Part shown: piece by piece, positions 35,442 through 50,343 of the stretch
How the letters are laid out: every line of letters begins with the position of its first letter
How positions within the stretch are numbered: the stretch's first letter is position 1
Assembly (NCBI GenBank): GCA_023485845.1
Contig: JAMCZE010000010.1
Span: forward strand, 20,160-84,159
Length of the DNA: 64,000 nucleotides
Origin: Patescibacteria group bacterium
Lineage (GTDB): Bacteria; Patescibacteriota; Microgenomatia; JAMCZE01
Direction of reading: 5' to 3'
The notes under the pieces: model-generated
Told to the model about the DNA's origin: nothing
The model's input: only the letters and a program-made list of their open reading frames with translations
Databases searched by the model: none
Translations under genes and position numbers: made by a program

Positions 35442-37559
35442 GTGAAGCAATTACTTCTTTGGATAGCGTTTACTTCGTTTACCCTGTTAGGGTTAACATT
35501 CACTAACCCTAAGATTATCTTGGCTGGTTGCGCCTGGAAAATGACTGGTGATCCTCACTGCGAAAACTGTGCAAATGGGACAACAGGTGGCTTTTGTACC
35601 GTTAATGGCAGTACCGCCTTTGTGGGAGCTTATTGTGTGGGAGGTAATCCTTATAACTCTTGCTATTGGGGAGAATTCGACTGTAGCTCTCAGACTGAGG
35701 CCCAATCCCAATGTAATGCTGGAGGGGGAGGGACAACTGGGCCATCTTGTCCTGGTGCCTCGCCGGTATCCTGTGATAACAGCACCTGTGCCACAACGGG
35801 GGGGTGTAATTGTAACGACTACGACACTCAAGCATCCTGCCTAGGACAGCCGCCTTATTCCTGGCACAGCACCTGCCAATGGAACGGCAGTATCTGCACC
35901 GGAAAATACTGTTGCGTGGAACATCCAGATGTGGGCAACGGTGCCGGGCAGGGGTGCGGGTATTATAATCAGGTTCGGGCCACCTGCGTTGGGGCTGGTT
36001 GTCACTGGACTCCGGCGCCAAATTCCTGCGCGCCGGGATCATCCTGCGCCGGCGGCAGTTGCACCACCGAGTGCGGGGACACCGCTTCCTGCACTGTCAC
36101 CCCTTACACACCCATTTACCCTTTCGGCACCATTTCCGAGCTTAATCCCACTTTCACCTGGAACGTGGTAGTGCCGGCAGACTATAACGGCACGAACTAC
36201 TACACCAATTTAGCTGTCTATGCCGGCAGCAATTGCCCCGGGAGTCCGATCTTTTTTAACCAACCGGCCATGTCCGACACGTCAAAAAGTTGGTCCGTGA
36301 TTTCACCAAACCAATATCTTTCACCAAATACGCAATACTCCTGGAACTTATACGAAGGCTATAACGGTGTTGGACATCCTGAAAGCACTTCGGCATGTTT
36401 GAATTTCCAGACAGCAGCCTCCTGCACGGTATCTCTCTCTGCCAGCCCCACCACGATTGTTAACAGCGGCACAGCTACGGCCACCGTTTATCCCACCGGC
36501 AACGCCACTGTCACCGCTGTCAATTGGAATTTTAATCCCACCGGGGTGGTGAGCACCCCCGCTCCCAGCACCACCCCCACCGGCAGCAGTGTGCCGGCTT
36601 CGTTTAGTCCCAACTCCGGCGGCGATCTTCTCTCCGGCCTGGTTGCTTATTGGAAACTGGACGGCGGCAACGTGGGGGACAACAGCGTTCCCGCTCAGAA
36701 CTCCGTTTCCGGAACATACGGCCCGGCTAGCGGAACCACCGTCATCGGGCCTTCGTCCAGCCCAGCCAGCAAGATCGGCAATGCCCGGTCTTTTAACGGC
36801 ACCAGCGACATTATCACCGCTGCCAACCCCCAAGCGTTATCCGGATCCCGCACAATTGCTGCCTGGGTCTATCCCACTAACACCAGTAGCAAGGCCAACC
36901 CGGTGCTTGTTGGCGGCACTGCCAGCTTAAATAATGGCGATCTATTTGGTGTCTCCGGCTCCGGGGCGGTGGGCTGTGCCGGAGCCGGAAAAGTTTATTT
37001 TGATCATTGGGGCTACACCTGCAATTTATCCACCGGCACGGTGCCACTTAACACCTGGAGCCTCATCATGATGACCTTTGACAACACCACCAAAAACATT
37101 AATTTCTATATTAATAATCAACCGGCCGGGACAATTCTCGGCTCCACCGGCGCTGCCACTTACAACGCCAACCAAATATGGCTTGGTGGCAACCCCTACA
37201 GTGGCAGCAGCACCACCGGTTTATCCTTCGCCGGCAGCATTGATGAAATAGGAATTTGGAACCGAGTATTGTCCAGCGGAGAAATCCAGGACCTCTACCA
37301 CGGCGGGGCGGGCAACACCTACCAGCCGGCAGCCACGGTTTGGACGGCCAGCTCAACGTTGACAAACCAAAACAGCGGCACGACCACCACCAGTTTCACC
37401 GCCACGGCCACCCTGGACACCGGCGGCAGCTGCACCTCCAGCCCGGTTGCCCTTAGCACTGTCGGCACCTTTTTTCAGACCTACGGGGGAGACGTGATTG
37501 GTAAGGGAACCGTTAACGACAGCCACTTGCCATCCGGTGCTTACATTTCGGGAAATTAA
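35442..37559 (+). CDS. secreted Cys-rich protein with a C-terminal LamG/concanavalin-like lectin domain
   Basis: Signal peptide; more than 40 Cys in the first 270 aa; C-terminal LVAYWKLDG...NARSFNG...IAAWVYP...SIDEIGIWNRVLSSGEI (LamG-like). Confidence 0.7.
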   Translation: MKQLLLWIAFTSFTLLGLTFTNPKIILAGCAWKMTGDPHCENCANGTTGGFCTVNGSTAFVGAYCVGGNPYNSCYWGEFDCSSQTEAQSQCNAGGGGTTGPSCPGASPVSCDNSTCATTGGCNCNDYDTQASCLGQPPYSWHSTCQWNGSICTGKYCCVEHPDVGNGAGQGCGYYNQVRATCVGAGCHWTPAPNSCAPGSSCAGGSCTTECGDTASCTVTPYTPIYPFGTISELNPTFTWNVVVPADYNGTNYYTNLAVYAGSNCPGSPIFFNQPAMSDTSKSWSVISPNQYLSPNTQYSWNLYEGYNGVGHPESTSACLNFQTAASCTVSLSASPTTIVNSGTATATVYPTGNATVTAVNWNFNPTGVVSTPAPSTTPTGSSVPASFSPNSGGDLLSGLVAYWKLDGGNVGDNSVPAQNSVSGTYGPASGTTVIGPSSSPASKIGNARSFNGTSDIITAANPQALSGSRTIAAWVYPTNTSSKANPVLVGGTASLNNGDLFGVSGSGAVGCAGAGKVYFDHWGYTCNLSTGTVPLNTWSLIMMTFDNTTKNINFYINNQPAGTILGSTGAATYNANQIWLGGNPYSGSSTTGLSFAGSIDEIGIWNRVLSSGEIQDLYHGGAGNTYQPAATVWTASSTLTNQNSGTTTTSFTATATLDTGGSCTSSPVALSTVGTFFQTYGGDVIGKGTVNDSHLPSGAYISGN

Positions 37560-37560
37560 T

Positions 37561-38130
37561 ATGACAAATTTTCAAAAAGGACTTATTTTCGGAACAGTGA
37601 TACTCCTCGTCCTGGCCGCTGCCAGCGGGGGATGGTTGTTAACACGAAACCGGGTGGCTGGCCCAATTCAAAAACCAATGGTTCCAATCACCGTCACCGC
37701 CTGGAAAACCTATTTTAATAGAGATTTCAGTTTTCAATATCCCGCCGACTGGCAAATTGCCACCAGTGAAGCCAAAATTTCAGCTGATTCTGCACCTATG
37801 AAGATTGAGACTGTCTCCAATGCCGTTTTGTCAGGAAACACTCCACCGGAGGGGGAAACTGTCACTATTCAGCAAATTTCCCTCACTGATGTACAGTTTC
37901 CACCGACGATGTTTAATCAGGCTGCTAAAATTAAACTAGGGGGACAGGAGATTCAAACCTACGCCACCAAGAATAACGGTGCCTCCACCAACTATCTCCG
38001 GTTTATCTATAAAGGCACCAGCAAAAACAACTATCTGTTTTCATTTGACTATTATAATGGCCAGCACCCTAACCGGGATTATCCCAAATTGTCTGATCAG
38101 ATTATTAAATCTTTTGTCGCCAGGCCATGA
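37561..38130 (+). CDS. membrane-anchored hypothetical protein
   Basis: MTNFQKGLIFGTVILLVLAAASGGW signal anchor; ATG at 37561, immediately after the upstream stop. Confidence 0.5.
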   Translation: MTNFQKGLIFGTVILLVLAAASGGWLLTRNRVAGPIQKPMVPITVTAWKTYFNRDFSFQYPADWQIATSEAKISADSAPMKIETVSNAVLSGNTPPEGETVTIQQISLTDVQFPPTMFNQAAKIKLGGQEIQTYATKNNGASTNYLRFIYKGTSKNNYLFSFDYYNGQHPNRDYPKLSDQIIKSFVARP

Positions 38131-41100
38131 GAAATAAATTAATCAAGTCGGTTATTTTCAGTGCTACCTTAATAGGGCTACTCACAGTCATAAGACCCCA
38201 ACCTGTTCGGGCCGCCTGTCCGGCCGGCAACCTGGCTTGCGGTAAGACCGTTTACACTGCCTCTCAATGGCATTGGCCCCAATATCTTAACGACGGTGAC
38301 TACACCACAATTGAGGGCACCACTACCAGCAACGGTCTTATACAAATTGCCCTTGGAGCAAACTATCCCATTAATAAGATCCACATGCTTCCTAACGTCA
38401 CCTCAATCGGGGCTCATGGCTCAGGCGGTGTTGACTATCACATGGAAGTGTGGGTAACCCCCAACAGCATTGATTGCGGCTTTTACTGGTCCAACGCTTG
38501 GACAACCATTATAGACATCACCGCCAATCCGCTGGTAGCTAACCAATGGTATGACATTAACGTCCCCAATGTCTCCGGCTCTTGCATCACCATTCAATTT
38601 CTAGATACCTATGGTATGGGTCAGCAGTGGTATGAGGTTGAAGCTTATTGCGCCGGAACCACTGCCATTACCGGAAGTGTTAGCGGCGTGTCTAATCCGG
38701 TGGCTGTCTGCACCGCCGGGGGGGTGTGCCAAAATACCCAAAGTTCTTATTCTCTGTCGGTTTCTAATCCGTCTTCTAATTTCGTCTATGCTCCCTCTCT
38801 GATGAATTACTCTCTGGGTCCACCGCCAACCAACGTCACCGCCGGCCAGTGCGTGGCCAGCGTCGCCGGACCCAACTTCACTTATAGCGCCAGCGGCGCT
38901 TGTTCGCCGCCAACCGCCCTCTCTAACTGGTGGAAAATGGAAGATTCCGGCAGCACTATTACCGATGCGATCGGCGGGGCCAATGGGACGGTGTCCACTG
39001 CCCCAGTCTGCGGTTTTCCTGCTAGCAATCCCGGCTCTTCGGGTTTAGTTTCCTATTGGAAAATGGATGAAACCAGCGGGCCAATGGTGCCTGACGCGCT
39101 CAATATTAATAACGGCACTACCTCATCCTCTATTTCCTGCACTTTCCCTAACAATAACCCCAGTAGTTCTGGTCTAATCTCTTACTGGAAGATGAATGAG
39201 GCCAGCGGCCAGACAGCTAGCGATTCTGCAGGCATAAATAACGGAACGGCCACAGGCACCACGATTACAACCGGTAAGCCCGGCCTTGGCAATGCCAGAA
39301 ATTTCAATGGAAGCACCGATTATGTTGCTGTTACTAATGAATCAAACTTTGATTTTGAATACACCCAGTCATTTTCCTTATCTGTCTGGGTAAAATACAA
39401 TGGAAGCGGTGTTTACAGAAACATCTTCAGTAAGGCTCTTTCTACCTCCCCCTACACTGGATACACCCTAAGGATTGACCAGGATAACGGCTTTGGTCTG
39501 GTTTTGATTCGCCAAGATTCCAACTATATCTGGGCCCACAGCACCAGCTCGTTCAATGATGGTAACTGGCACTTTATTACGGCAACATATAATGGTAATG
39601 GTCAGGCGGGTGGTGTTAATCTATATTTGGATGGCCAACCGAAGACCGTTCTAAACTATAGTGCTGGAACCATTGGCAGCATTCTTAATAATGTTAACTT
39701 AACAATTGGTGGAGCAGGAGCAGGCGCCCCAGCCTTCTCGGGGTCAATAGATGAAGCTGCCGTCTGGAACCGGGCCCTCTCCACCAGCGAGATCCAGGCC
39801 TTATATAACGGCACCGGAGGCGGGGCGGGGGAGACTCCATCATGTAACGCGATATACCCTGCTGTGATCGCCGGTAAACCCGGCCTTGGCAATGCCAGAA
39901 ATTTCAACGGCAGCACTGATTCTATCCGTGCAACAGACAGCAGCCTCCCAACAGGAAACAACCCAATGTCACTCACCACATGGTTTAAAACCTCAACTTC
40001 ACTTAGTCCCAACAGTTATGCGATAGCTGCAAGCTATGGAACGGCCAGCAGTGCTCAATCTATATATTTTGGCCTGGGAAATGATGCTAGCACTGGTCCT
40101 AACCATCTCTATGTGGGCCCTTATGGGAATGCTGTTGGAACCACCACTTCCCCCAATGATGGGCAGTGGCACTTCGGAGTGGCTACTTTTGACGGCACCA
40201 CCTGGAGGCTTTATCTGGACGGTCAACTCAATAATTCTAAAGCTATGAGTGACAACATTATTAAGAATGGGACCTTATATATCGGTAGCAGTAATATCGG
40301 CTACCCCTGGAACGGCTCACTTGATGAAGTTAGTGTTTGGAACAAAGCCTTATCGCTAAGTGAGGTCCAAGCCTTATATAATGGTCCAGAGACTTATTCC
40401 TGCGCCAGTCCCAGCTCGTCCTCCACCAACGGAAGAATCGGCCAAGCTAGAAACTTCTCCTCCGGTGCTTATGTCGGCATACCCAACACTGCCTCTATCA
40501 ATGTCGGCAACATCAAAACCGTTGGTGCCTGGGTGAAAACAAACCCAATAGCCGGGAACCAAATAGTCTTTAGCACTTGGGACAATTCTAACGGCTATCT
40601 ACTTTATATTAACTCCGCCGGTAAGGCGGTAGTTTCCAACGGCACGGCTACCGCCGTCTCCAGTGCCACCGCGGCCGACGGCAGTTGGCATTACGTCGCC
40701 GGAGTTTGGGACGGAACAAACGGCAAAATCTATGTGGACAGCAACGCGGCTGTCTCCACGGCAATGACCATTAATTCCAGCACCGGCACCAACCAAATCG
40801 GCACCAGTTTTTCCGGCGCTATTGATGAAGTGCGGCTCTATAACCGAGCACTGTCCGCCACCGACCTTGCTGCCGAAGCGGGGCCGGGCGTTGTGCCCTC
40901 GCCAGTCTCCAGCAGCTGCGGCACCTGTGGGGGAGGCACGTCTTGCGGTGCCGGCAGTCAGACGTGTTACGACGCATACTGTCAATCATTCTCACAATCG
41001 TGCATCATCGGCGGGGGTGGTCTAACGATCAGCGGCTCGATCATGAATGCACCGGCAGCAATCACGATCAACACTAATCCGGGAAATTATAGCGCCACCG

Positions 41101-42008
41101 GACAGCATAGTTATTCACTCATTGTCCCCGGCAACACCACCTATACCCTTTCGGCCCCAAGCGGCTACACCCCGGTTAACCCCCAAGTGGCTGTGGCGTG
41201 CGACAATGTCACCGGCCCGACTTTTTGGAACTCGATTGGTGATGCTGGCGTGGTTGGCTCTTCGGGAACGATTAATTATGGCAGCGGCGGTATCTCTCAA
41301 GCCGGTTCTCAAATCCCTGGCTATAATCTGCAAAACTATAATAACCAAGCGCCCACCGATCAAATCACTTATAATGCTCTCCTTGGTAGCGTTTTAACCA
41401 ATGCGGCGGTGGCCCTAAGTGATCTGAACAGCGCCTGCACCGCCAATCCCAGCACCGGAACCGTCGTGGGCCACGGCATTGACTTTTATTGTTACGGTTC
41501 AAACTTGGACAGCCTGTTAACCTCGGTTCTGGGCGGCAGCGACAACAATAAAATCATCTTTTACCCCTCACCGGGCTATGGCGACGGACCGCAAACAATC
41601 GGCACCCACAGTGCCAACGGGAAAGATGCCATTGTCTTTGTCAACGGTAACTTAACGGTGGCCGGAAATATCATCGTGGATCATGCCAGCCAAACTGCCG
41701 GCATCGTGTTTATCCTTCAAGATAATCCTATCAGCAACCTGTCGATTAACTCCACAGTGACAAACCTATCGGGTATCTATATTTTTAAAGGAAGTTTTAA
41801 TGACAATGCCGACAACGGCAGTGTCACCAGCCAACTGTCCGGTTACGGCTCACTGATTAACACCGGTTCTGTCACACTCACTCCCGGGCGCGCCCCCACG
41901 GGAGGGGCTGCCGGCTGGAGTTGGACCTATGAACCGAAATATCTCACCTTATTCAGGAACGTGTTGACCGTTACCCAATACACTTGGACCGAGTTGCCGC
42001 CGCAATGA
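38127..42008 (+). CDS. giant (1293 aa) secreted surface protein with at least three LamG-like domains
   Basis: Signal peptide; motifs SYWKMxE...GxARNFNGSTD...SxDEAAVWNRALSxSEIQALYNG recur three times; internal 47-bp near-identical DNA repeat (39274-39320 and 39874-39920). Confidence 0.75.
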   Translation: MRNKLIKSVIFSATLIGLLTVIRPQPVRAACPAGNLACGKTVYTASQWHWPQYLNDGDYTTIEGTTTSNGLIQIALGANYPINKIHMLPNVTSIGAHGSGGVDYHMEVWVTPNSIDCGFYWSNAWTTIIDITANPLVANQWYDINVPNVSGSCITIQFLDTYGMGQQWYEVEAYCAGTTAITGSVSGVSNPVAVCTAGGVCQNTQSSYSLSVSNPSSNFVYAPSLMNYSLGPPPTNVTAGQCVASVAGPNFTYSASGACSPPTALSNWWKMEDSGSTITDAIGGANGTVSTAPVCGFPASNPGSSGLVSYWKMDETSGPMVPDALNINNGTTSSSISCTFPNNNPSSSGLISYWKMNEASGQTASDSAGINNGTATGTTITTGKPGLGNARNFNGSTDYVAVTNESNFDFEYTQSFSLSVWVKYNGSGVYRNIFSKALSTSPYTGYTLRIDQDNGFGLVLIRQDSNYIWAHSTSSFNDGNWHFITATYNGNGQAGGVNLYLDGQPKTVLNYSAGTIGSILNNVNLTIGGAGAGAPAFSGSIDEAAVWNRALSTSEIQALYNGTGGGAGETPSCNAIYPAVIAGKPGLGNARNFNGSTDSIRATDSSLPTGNNPMSLTTWFKTSTSLSPNSYAIAASYGTASSAQSIYFGLGNDASTGPNHLYVGPYGNAVGTTTSPNDGQWHFGVATFDGTTWRLYLDGQLNNSKAMSDNIIKNGTLYIGSSNIGYPWNGSLDEVSVWNKALSLSEVQALYNGPETYSCASPSSSSTNGRIGQARNFSSGAYVGIPNTASINVGNIKTVGAWVKTNPIAGNQIVFSTWDNSNGYLLYINSAGKAVVSNGTATAVSSATAADGSWHYVAGVWDGTNGKIYVDSNAAVSTAMTINSSTGTNQIGTSFSGAIDEVRLYNRALSATDLAAEAGPGVVPSPVSSSCGTCGGGTSCGAGSQTCYDAYCQSFSQSCIIGGGGLTISGSIMNAPAAITINTNPGNYSATGQHSYSLIVPGNTTYTLSAPSGYTPVNPQVAVACDNVTGPTFWNSIGDAGVVGSSGTINYGSGGISQAGSQIPGYNLQNYNNQAPTDQITYNALLGSVLTNAAVALSDLNSACTANPSTGTVVGHGIDFYCYGSNLDSLLTSVLGGSDNNKIIFYPSPGYGDGPQTIGTHSANGKDAIVFVNGNLTVAGNIIVDHASQTAGIVFILQDNPISNLSINSTVTNLSGIYIFKGSFNDNADNGSVTSQLSGYGSLINTGSVTLTPGRAPTGGAAGWSWTYEPKYLTLFRNVLTVTQYTWTELPPQ

Positions 42009-42583
42009 GTTATCTTAATAGTATTTTGATTGTTGGACAAATAAAAGATCTTTTCCCCGATAATCCTAACAAAATTATTATTGAACCGGAGGCAGTGACA
42101 ATTGGCATCGAGCAGATCCGGCAGCTGAAGAAAGCATTAATTATCAGGCCAACCAACAATCAACCGTTGGTCGCCATTATCTCTCAGGCAGAAAAACTAA
42201 CCGAGGAAGCGCAAAATGCCCTGCTCAAAACCCTAGAAGAACCACCGGAAAATGTGTTCATTGTGCTGTGCACTCCCGACGAAGACCTGCTTCTTCCCAC
42301 TGTCGTTTCTCGTTGTCAAGTGATTTCCAACTTAAGTAACCTAAGTGGCTTAGGTAACTTAAGTGACTTAAAAAAAGTTCTCCTCTGGATGGAGCAGGGG
42401 AGCATTAAAGAAGGTTTTGCCTGGGCCGCCGGCAAAGATCGTCAGGAAGGGCTAAAAATAATTGACCAGTTATTGACGCTCAAACCTTATCGACAGGCGA
42501 GAAAACTATTGGCCGCCAAAAAACAACTTTTGGCCAACACCAATGTCCGTTTGGCCCTGGAAAATCTCTTCTTAAATTGCTAA
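42005..42583 (+). CDS. holB: DNA polymerase III delta-prime-like subunit (short form, no P-loop)
   Basis: LLKTLEEPPENVFIVLCT...SRCQ motif; carries a 9-bp tandem repeat. Confidence 0.6.
   Translation: MSYLNSILIVGQIKDLFPDNPNKIIIEPEAVTIGIEQIRQLKKALIIRPTNNQPLVAIISQAEKLTEEAQNALLKTLEEPPENVFIVLCTPDEDLLLPTVVSRCQVISNLSNLSGLGNLSDLKKVLLWMEQGSIKEGFAWAAGKDRQEGLKIIDQLLTLKPYRQARKLLAAKKQLLANTNVRLALENLFLNC
42330..42368. repeat. 9-bp tandem repeat cttaagt(a/g)ac x4, in-frame in holB (SNLSNLSGLGNLSDL)
   Basis: Read directly. Confidence 0.75.
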
Positions 42584-42588
42584 AATAA

Positions 42589-46526
<3,938 letters not shown>

Positions 46527-46534
46527 TCAACTAA

Positions 46535-46771
46535 ATGGCAGGTAAAGAAATAAAACTTCGTCTCGCAAAAATAGTGTCAGATGACAGAGTAATCGCCGCA
46601 AGACGCTCACTTATTGACCTTAATGCTGCCATGCAAAAAGATTCCAAAAAGAAAGTTGTGCGGCGGCGAACCAGGCGACTTCTTACAGCCACCGAAGTCT
46701 TAGTAAATAGGGCAGAAACTGGCACTGAAAAAACCAAAAATTTATTGTTAGAATCTATTCGTTTTGTCTGA
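46535..46771 (+). CDS. hypothetical small basic protein
   Basis: ORF only; an antisense alternative exists. Confidence 0.25.
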   Translation: MAGKEIKLRLAKIVSDDRVIAARRSLIDLNAAMQKDSKKKVVRRRTRRLLTATEVLVNRAETGTEKTKNLLLESIRFV

Positions 46772-46829
46772 CCTGCTTTGTCCTCTTTGTTTCCATTGAC
46801 AAAAAACTCTAATAGGGTAGAGTAAGTGC

Positions 46830-47114
46830 ATGAAGAAAAATCTTAAAAAGACGGCAACATTGGGAGATGTGATTGTGGCCGTCAACGGAATCAAACATGA
46901 TATCCAGTTTCTTCGCGACGATTCTGCCGACATGGAAGACCACATTGGCGAAAAAATTAAACAATCGGAGTTGAGGCTTTCGGGACAAATGGCCAACAAT
47001 CAAGAACAATTGATGGCCAAACTCGAGGAAATCTCCGGACAAGTGGGCGACCACACGTCCCGCATTAAAAAACTGGAAAAATTTAGCCTCGAATTTGGCC
47101 ATTTACCTCTTTAA
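46830..47114 (+). CDS. small coiled-coil protein, paralog family member 3
   Basis: Preceded by TTGACA-17nt-TAGAGT; its coiled-coil pattern is similar to the ORFs at 4800 and 16442. Confidence 0.4.
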   Translation: MKKNLKKTATLGDVIVAVNGIKHDIQFLRDDSADMEDHIGEKIKQSELRLSGQMANNQEQLMAKLEEISGQVGDHTSRIKKLEKFSLEFGHLPL

Positions 47115-47144
47115 TTTCCTCCAAAAACATAGTACAATTTAGGC

Positions 47145-49589
47145 ATGGAAATTGGGAAGGTTTTGCCCACGGAAATCTCCGGCGCGATGGAGTCCGCCTA
47201 CATCGACTATGCAATGTCGGTGATCACCGCCCGGGCCCTGCCGGACGTTCGCGACGGGCTAAAACCGGTGCACCGGCGCATCATTTACGCGATGCACAAA
47301 ATGGGACTGCACCACACTGCTAAGCATGCCAAATGTGCTGCGGTCATTGGGGAAGTTCTAAAAACTTATCACCCCCATGGTGATGTCCCCGTGTACGACG
47401 CTCTTGTTCGGATGGCCCAGGATTTCTCTCTGCGTTACCCATTAATTGATGGTCAAGGAAACTTCGGCTCAATGGATGGCGACCCGCCAGCTCACTACCG
47501 CTACACCGAATCGAGAATGGCCGCCATTGCCGATAGTATGCTCCTGGATATCGACAAAGAGACGGTTGATTTTGTTCCTAACTATTCCAACACTGATACT
47601 GAACCTAGTTCTCTTCCGGCCTTGCTGCCCAATCTTCTTTTGATGGGCGCTGAAGGAATTGCCGTGGGGATGGCCACTAAAATCCCGCCGCATAATTTAG
47701 CCGAGGTAGTCGATGCCATTTGCCTCTTGATTGATAAAGGTGAAGATAACGTCAGCGTCGAACAGCTGGCGGAAATCATCAAGGGGCCGGACTTTCCCAC
47801 CGGGGGAATTATCTATGATCACCAGGAGGTTTTGGCCGCCTACGCCACCGGCAAGGGAAAGATTGTCATTCGGGCTAAGACGGAAATTGAGGAACAAGCC
47901 AACGGAAAGTCTGCCATTATTGTTTCCGAAATGCCATACCAAATTAACAAAGCGGATTTGGTGGCCCGGATTGCCGACCTGGTCAAAGAAAAAAAGATTG
48001 AAGGCATCGCCGATTTGCGCGACGAATCGGACCGCCGGGGAGTGCGGGTTTACATCGAATTAAAACGCGACGCCCGGCCGCAGGCCGTGTTAAACAACCT
48101 GTTTAAACACACCGAGCTGCAAACTTCCTTTCCGGTGAACATGGTGGCGCTGGTGGACAACACCCCGCAGACTTTAACCCTAAAAATGATTTTGTCGGAA
48201 TACCTCAAACACCGCCGGAGTGTCATCACCCGGCGCAGCCAGTTTGAACTGCGGGAGGCCACCGCCCGGGCCCACATTCTGGAAGGGCTAAAGATCGCCG
48301 TGGACCACATTGACGAAGTGATTGCCATCATTAAAAAAGCCGAGTCCGCCGATGCCGCGAAAATTAAACTGATGGACCGGTTTAAGTTAACGGACATCCA
48401 GGCCACCGCCATTTTGGATATGCAGCTGCGCCGACTGGCCGCCCTGGAACGGCAAAAAATTGAGGATGAGTTGGCGATGGTCCGGGAGACGATTGCCTAC
48501 TTGGAAGACTTGCTGGCCCACCCGGAAAAAATTATGAAAGTGGTTAAAGACGAACTTCTAAAAGTTAAAGAACGGTTTGAAGACCCCCGCCGGACTAAGG
48601 TGATCAAGGGCAAGGTCGGGGAATTTTCCGATGAGGATCTGATCCCTAACGAGTCGATGGTCGTCACCGTCACCAAAACCGGTTATGTCAAACGGCTTAG
48701 TCCCAGTGCCTACCGGGCTCAGGGCCGCGGCGGCAAAGGAGTGACGGGAATGACCACTAAAGAGGAGGATGAAATTGAACATCTCACCTCCGCCAGTGCC
48801 CACGACAACATTCTTTTCTTCACCAACCGCGGCAAAGTTTATCAGACAAAAGTTTATGAACTGCCGGAAGGCAGTCGCACCGCCAAAGGCCAGGCGATTG
48901 TTAACATCATTAACGTGGACCAAGGGGAAAGTGTCCAATCAGTCCTGGCGTATGAAAGTAAGAAAGCAGGTGAGCAGGTAAGTAATCAATTTATCTTTTT
49001 GGCGACCAGAAACGGCACGGTTAAAAAAACCGCCATTGCCGACTTTGCTAACATCCGCAGAAACGGCTTGACAGCCATTAAGCTAGAAACGGGTGATGAA
49101 TTAGTTTGGGCGCGGTTAACTGCCGGGACTGATGATATTCTTTTAGTAACTAACCAGGGGAAGTCCATCCGGTTTTCGGAAAAAGAGGCCCGATCGCAAG
49201 GCCGGGACACCATCGGCGTCCGGGGCATTAAACTGGCCAAAAACGATTTCGTCGTCGGTATGGAAGTGGTTGGCCAGGGACAAAATATTCTTACGGTTTC
49301 CCAGAAGGGAATTGGCAAGCAAACACAGGTTACTAACTTCCCCCGACAAAAGCGCGGCGGACAAGGAGTCAAAGCTATGCAACTAACCGCCAAAACCGGC
49401 ACCCTCGTCACTGCCCGAGCTGTTGGCAACCAAGTGGACCAGATTATTCTCACCAGTGCTAAAGGGATTGTTATTAAACTGCCACTCTCCAGCATTCCGA
49501 TTTTATCCCGCGCCACCCAAGGAGTAATCTTAATGCGCTTCTCGGAGAAAGACGACCACCTCGCCGCCGTTGCCACCTTAGAAAAATAG
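47145..49589 (+). CDS. gyrA: DNA gyrase subunit A
   Basis: [23 protein letters not shown], active-site Tyr region HPHGD, C-terminal beta-pinwheel repeats. Confidence 0.95.
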   Translation: MEIGKVLPTEISGAMESAYIDYAMSVITARALPDVRDGLKPVHRRIIYAMHKMGLHHTAKHAKCAAVIGEVLKTYHPHGDVPVYDALVRMAQDFSLRYPLIDGQGNFGSMDGDPPAHYRYTESRMAAIADSMLLDIDKETVDFVPNYSNTDTEPSSLPALLPNLLLMGAEGIAVGMATKIPPHNLAEVVDAICLLIDKGEDNVSVEQLAEIIKGPDFPTGGIIYDHQEVLAAYATGKGKIVIRAKTEIEEQANGKSAIIVSEMPYQINKADLVARIADLVKEKKIEGIADLRDESDRRGVRVYIELKRDARPQAVLNNLFKHTELQTSFPVNMVALVDNTPQTLTLKMILSEYLKHRRSVITRRSQFELREATARAHILEGLKIAVDHIDEVIAIIKKAESADAAKIKLMDRFKLTDIQATAILDMQLRRLAALERQKIEDELAMVRETIAYLEDLLAHPEKIMKVVKDELLKVKERFEDPRRTKVIKGKVGEFSDEDLIPNESMVVTVTKTGYVKRLSPSAYRAQGRGGKGVTGMTTKEEDEIEHLTSASAHDNILFFTNRGKVYQTKVYELPEGSRTAKGQAIVNIINVDQGESVQSVLAYESKKAGEQVSNQFIFLATRNGTVKKTAIADFANIRRNGLTAIKLETGDELVWARLTAGTDDILLVTNQGKSIRFSEKEARSQGRDTIGVRGIKLAKNDFVVGMEVVGQGQNILTVSQKGIGKQTQVTNFPRQKRGGQGVKAMQLTAKTGTLVTARAVGNQVDQIILTSAKGIVIKLPLSSIPILSRATQGVILMRFSEKDDHLAAVATLEK

Positions 49590-49604
49590 TGGCATAATAT
49601 TTTT

Positions 49605-50336
49605 ATGAAATCTTTTGTTGGGGCAATTTTACTTTTTTTTATTTTCCTCTTTTTCTATTCAAGATTTGGGCCGGGTTTTCCGTTATCAGTAAATCAGATC
49701 ACCACCACCAAAAATGATCTCTTCACCGTGACGGGGGAAGGGAAAGTGACAGCGGCGCCGGACACGGCCCAGGTCAATTTAGGATTCACTGCCAGTGCCG
49801 CCAACGTGACGGACGTGCAAAATCAAGCTAACCAAATTATCAAAAAAATTTCTGACGACATTAAGAAGTTGGGGATAGGGGAGTCGGATATCCAAACAAC
49901 GGCCTATAGTCTTCAGCCAAACTATAGTCCCAATCAAAGAATCACCGGCTACAGCGCCACCGTTAATTTGACCGTTAAAGTTCGTGATTTTAATAAAATT
50001 AACCAAATTATCGACACCGCCACTGCCGACGGCGCTAATCAGGTCGGGGGGCTTGCCTTTACATTAGACGACGCGACCCAAACAAAGCTACAATCCCAGG
50101 CCCGTAAAATAGCCATTGACCAGGCCAAAGCCAAAGCGGCGGAAATTGCGGCCGATGCGGGAATTAGTTTAGGTCGAATCGTCGGCGTTTCTGAGAACCA
50201 ACCAAACCCAATCCGACCGCTTTATGCCGCCGGCGCCATTAAAACCGATGCCGCGACTCCCCCCGTGCCGACACAAATCGAACCCGGCTCCGCCGAAATC
50301 ACCATCGACGTAACCCTCTCCTACGAAACAAGATAA
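49605..50336 (+). CDS. SIMPL (DUF541) domain secreted protein
   Basis: Signal anchor plus the pattern typical of the 26-kDa periplasmic immunogenic protein family. Confidence 0.65.
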   Translation: MKSFVGAILLFFIFLFFYSRFGPGFPLSVNQITTTKNDLFTVTGEGKVTAAPDTAQVNLGFTASAANVTDVQNQANQIIKKISDDIKKLGIGESDIQTTAYSLQPNYSPNQRITGYSATVNLTVKVRDFNKINQIIDTATADGANQVGGLAFTLDDATQTKLQSQARKIAIDQAKAKAAEIAADAGISLGRIVGVSENQPNPIRPLYAAGAIKTDAATPPVPTQIEPGSAEITIDVTLSYETR

Positions 50337-50343
50337 GAATTAT

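Noticed and set aside
35493-41397. Numerous 60-160-aa ORFs on both strands inside the LamG genes (e.g. 35602-36042, 36348-36833, 40599-40985)
   Set aside because: They are embedded in long, well-supported secreted-protein ORFs; their Arg/Pro/Gly-rich translations are typical of antisense or off-frame readings of GC-rich coding DNA.
46531-46737. 68-aa minus-strand ORF after hppA
   Set aside because: It overlaps the plus-strand ORF 46535-46771; neither has support. Only the plus-strand one is kept, at low confidence.
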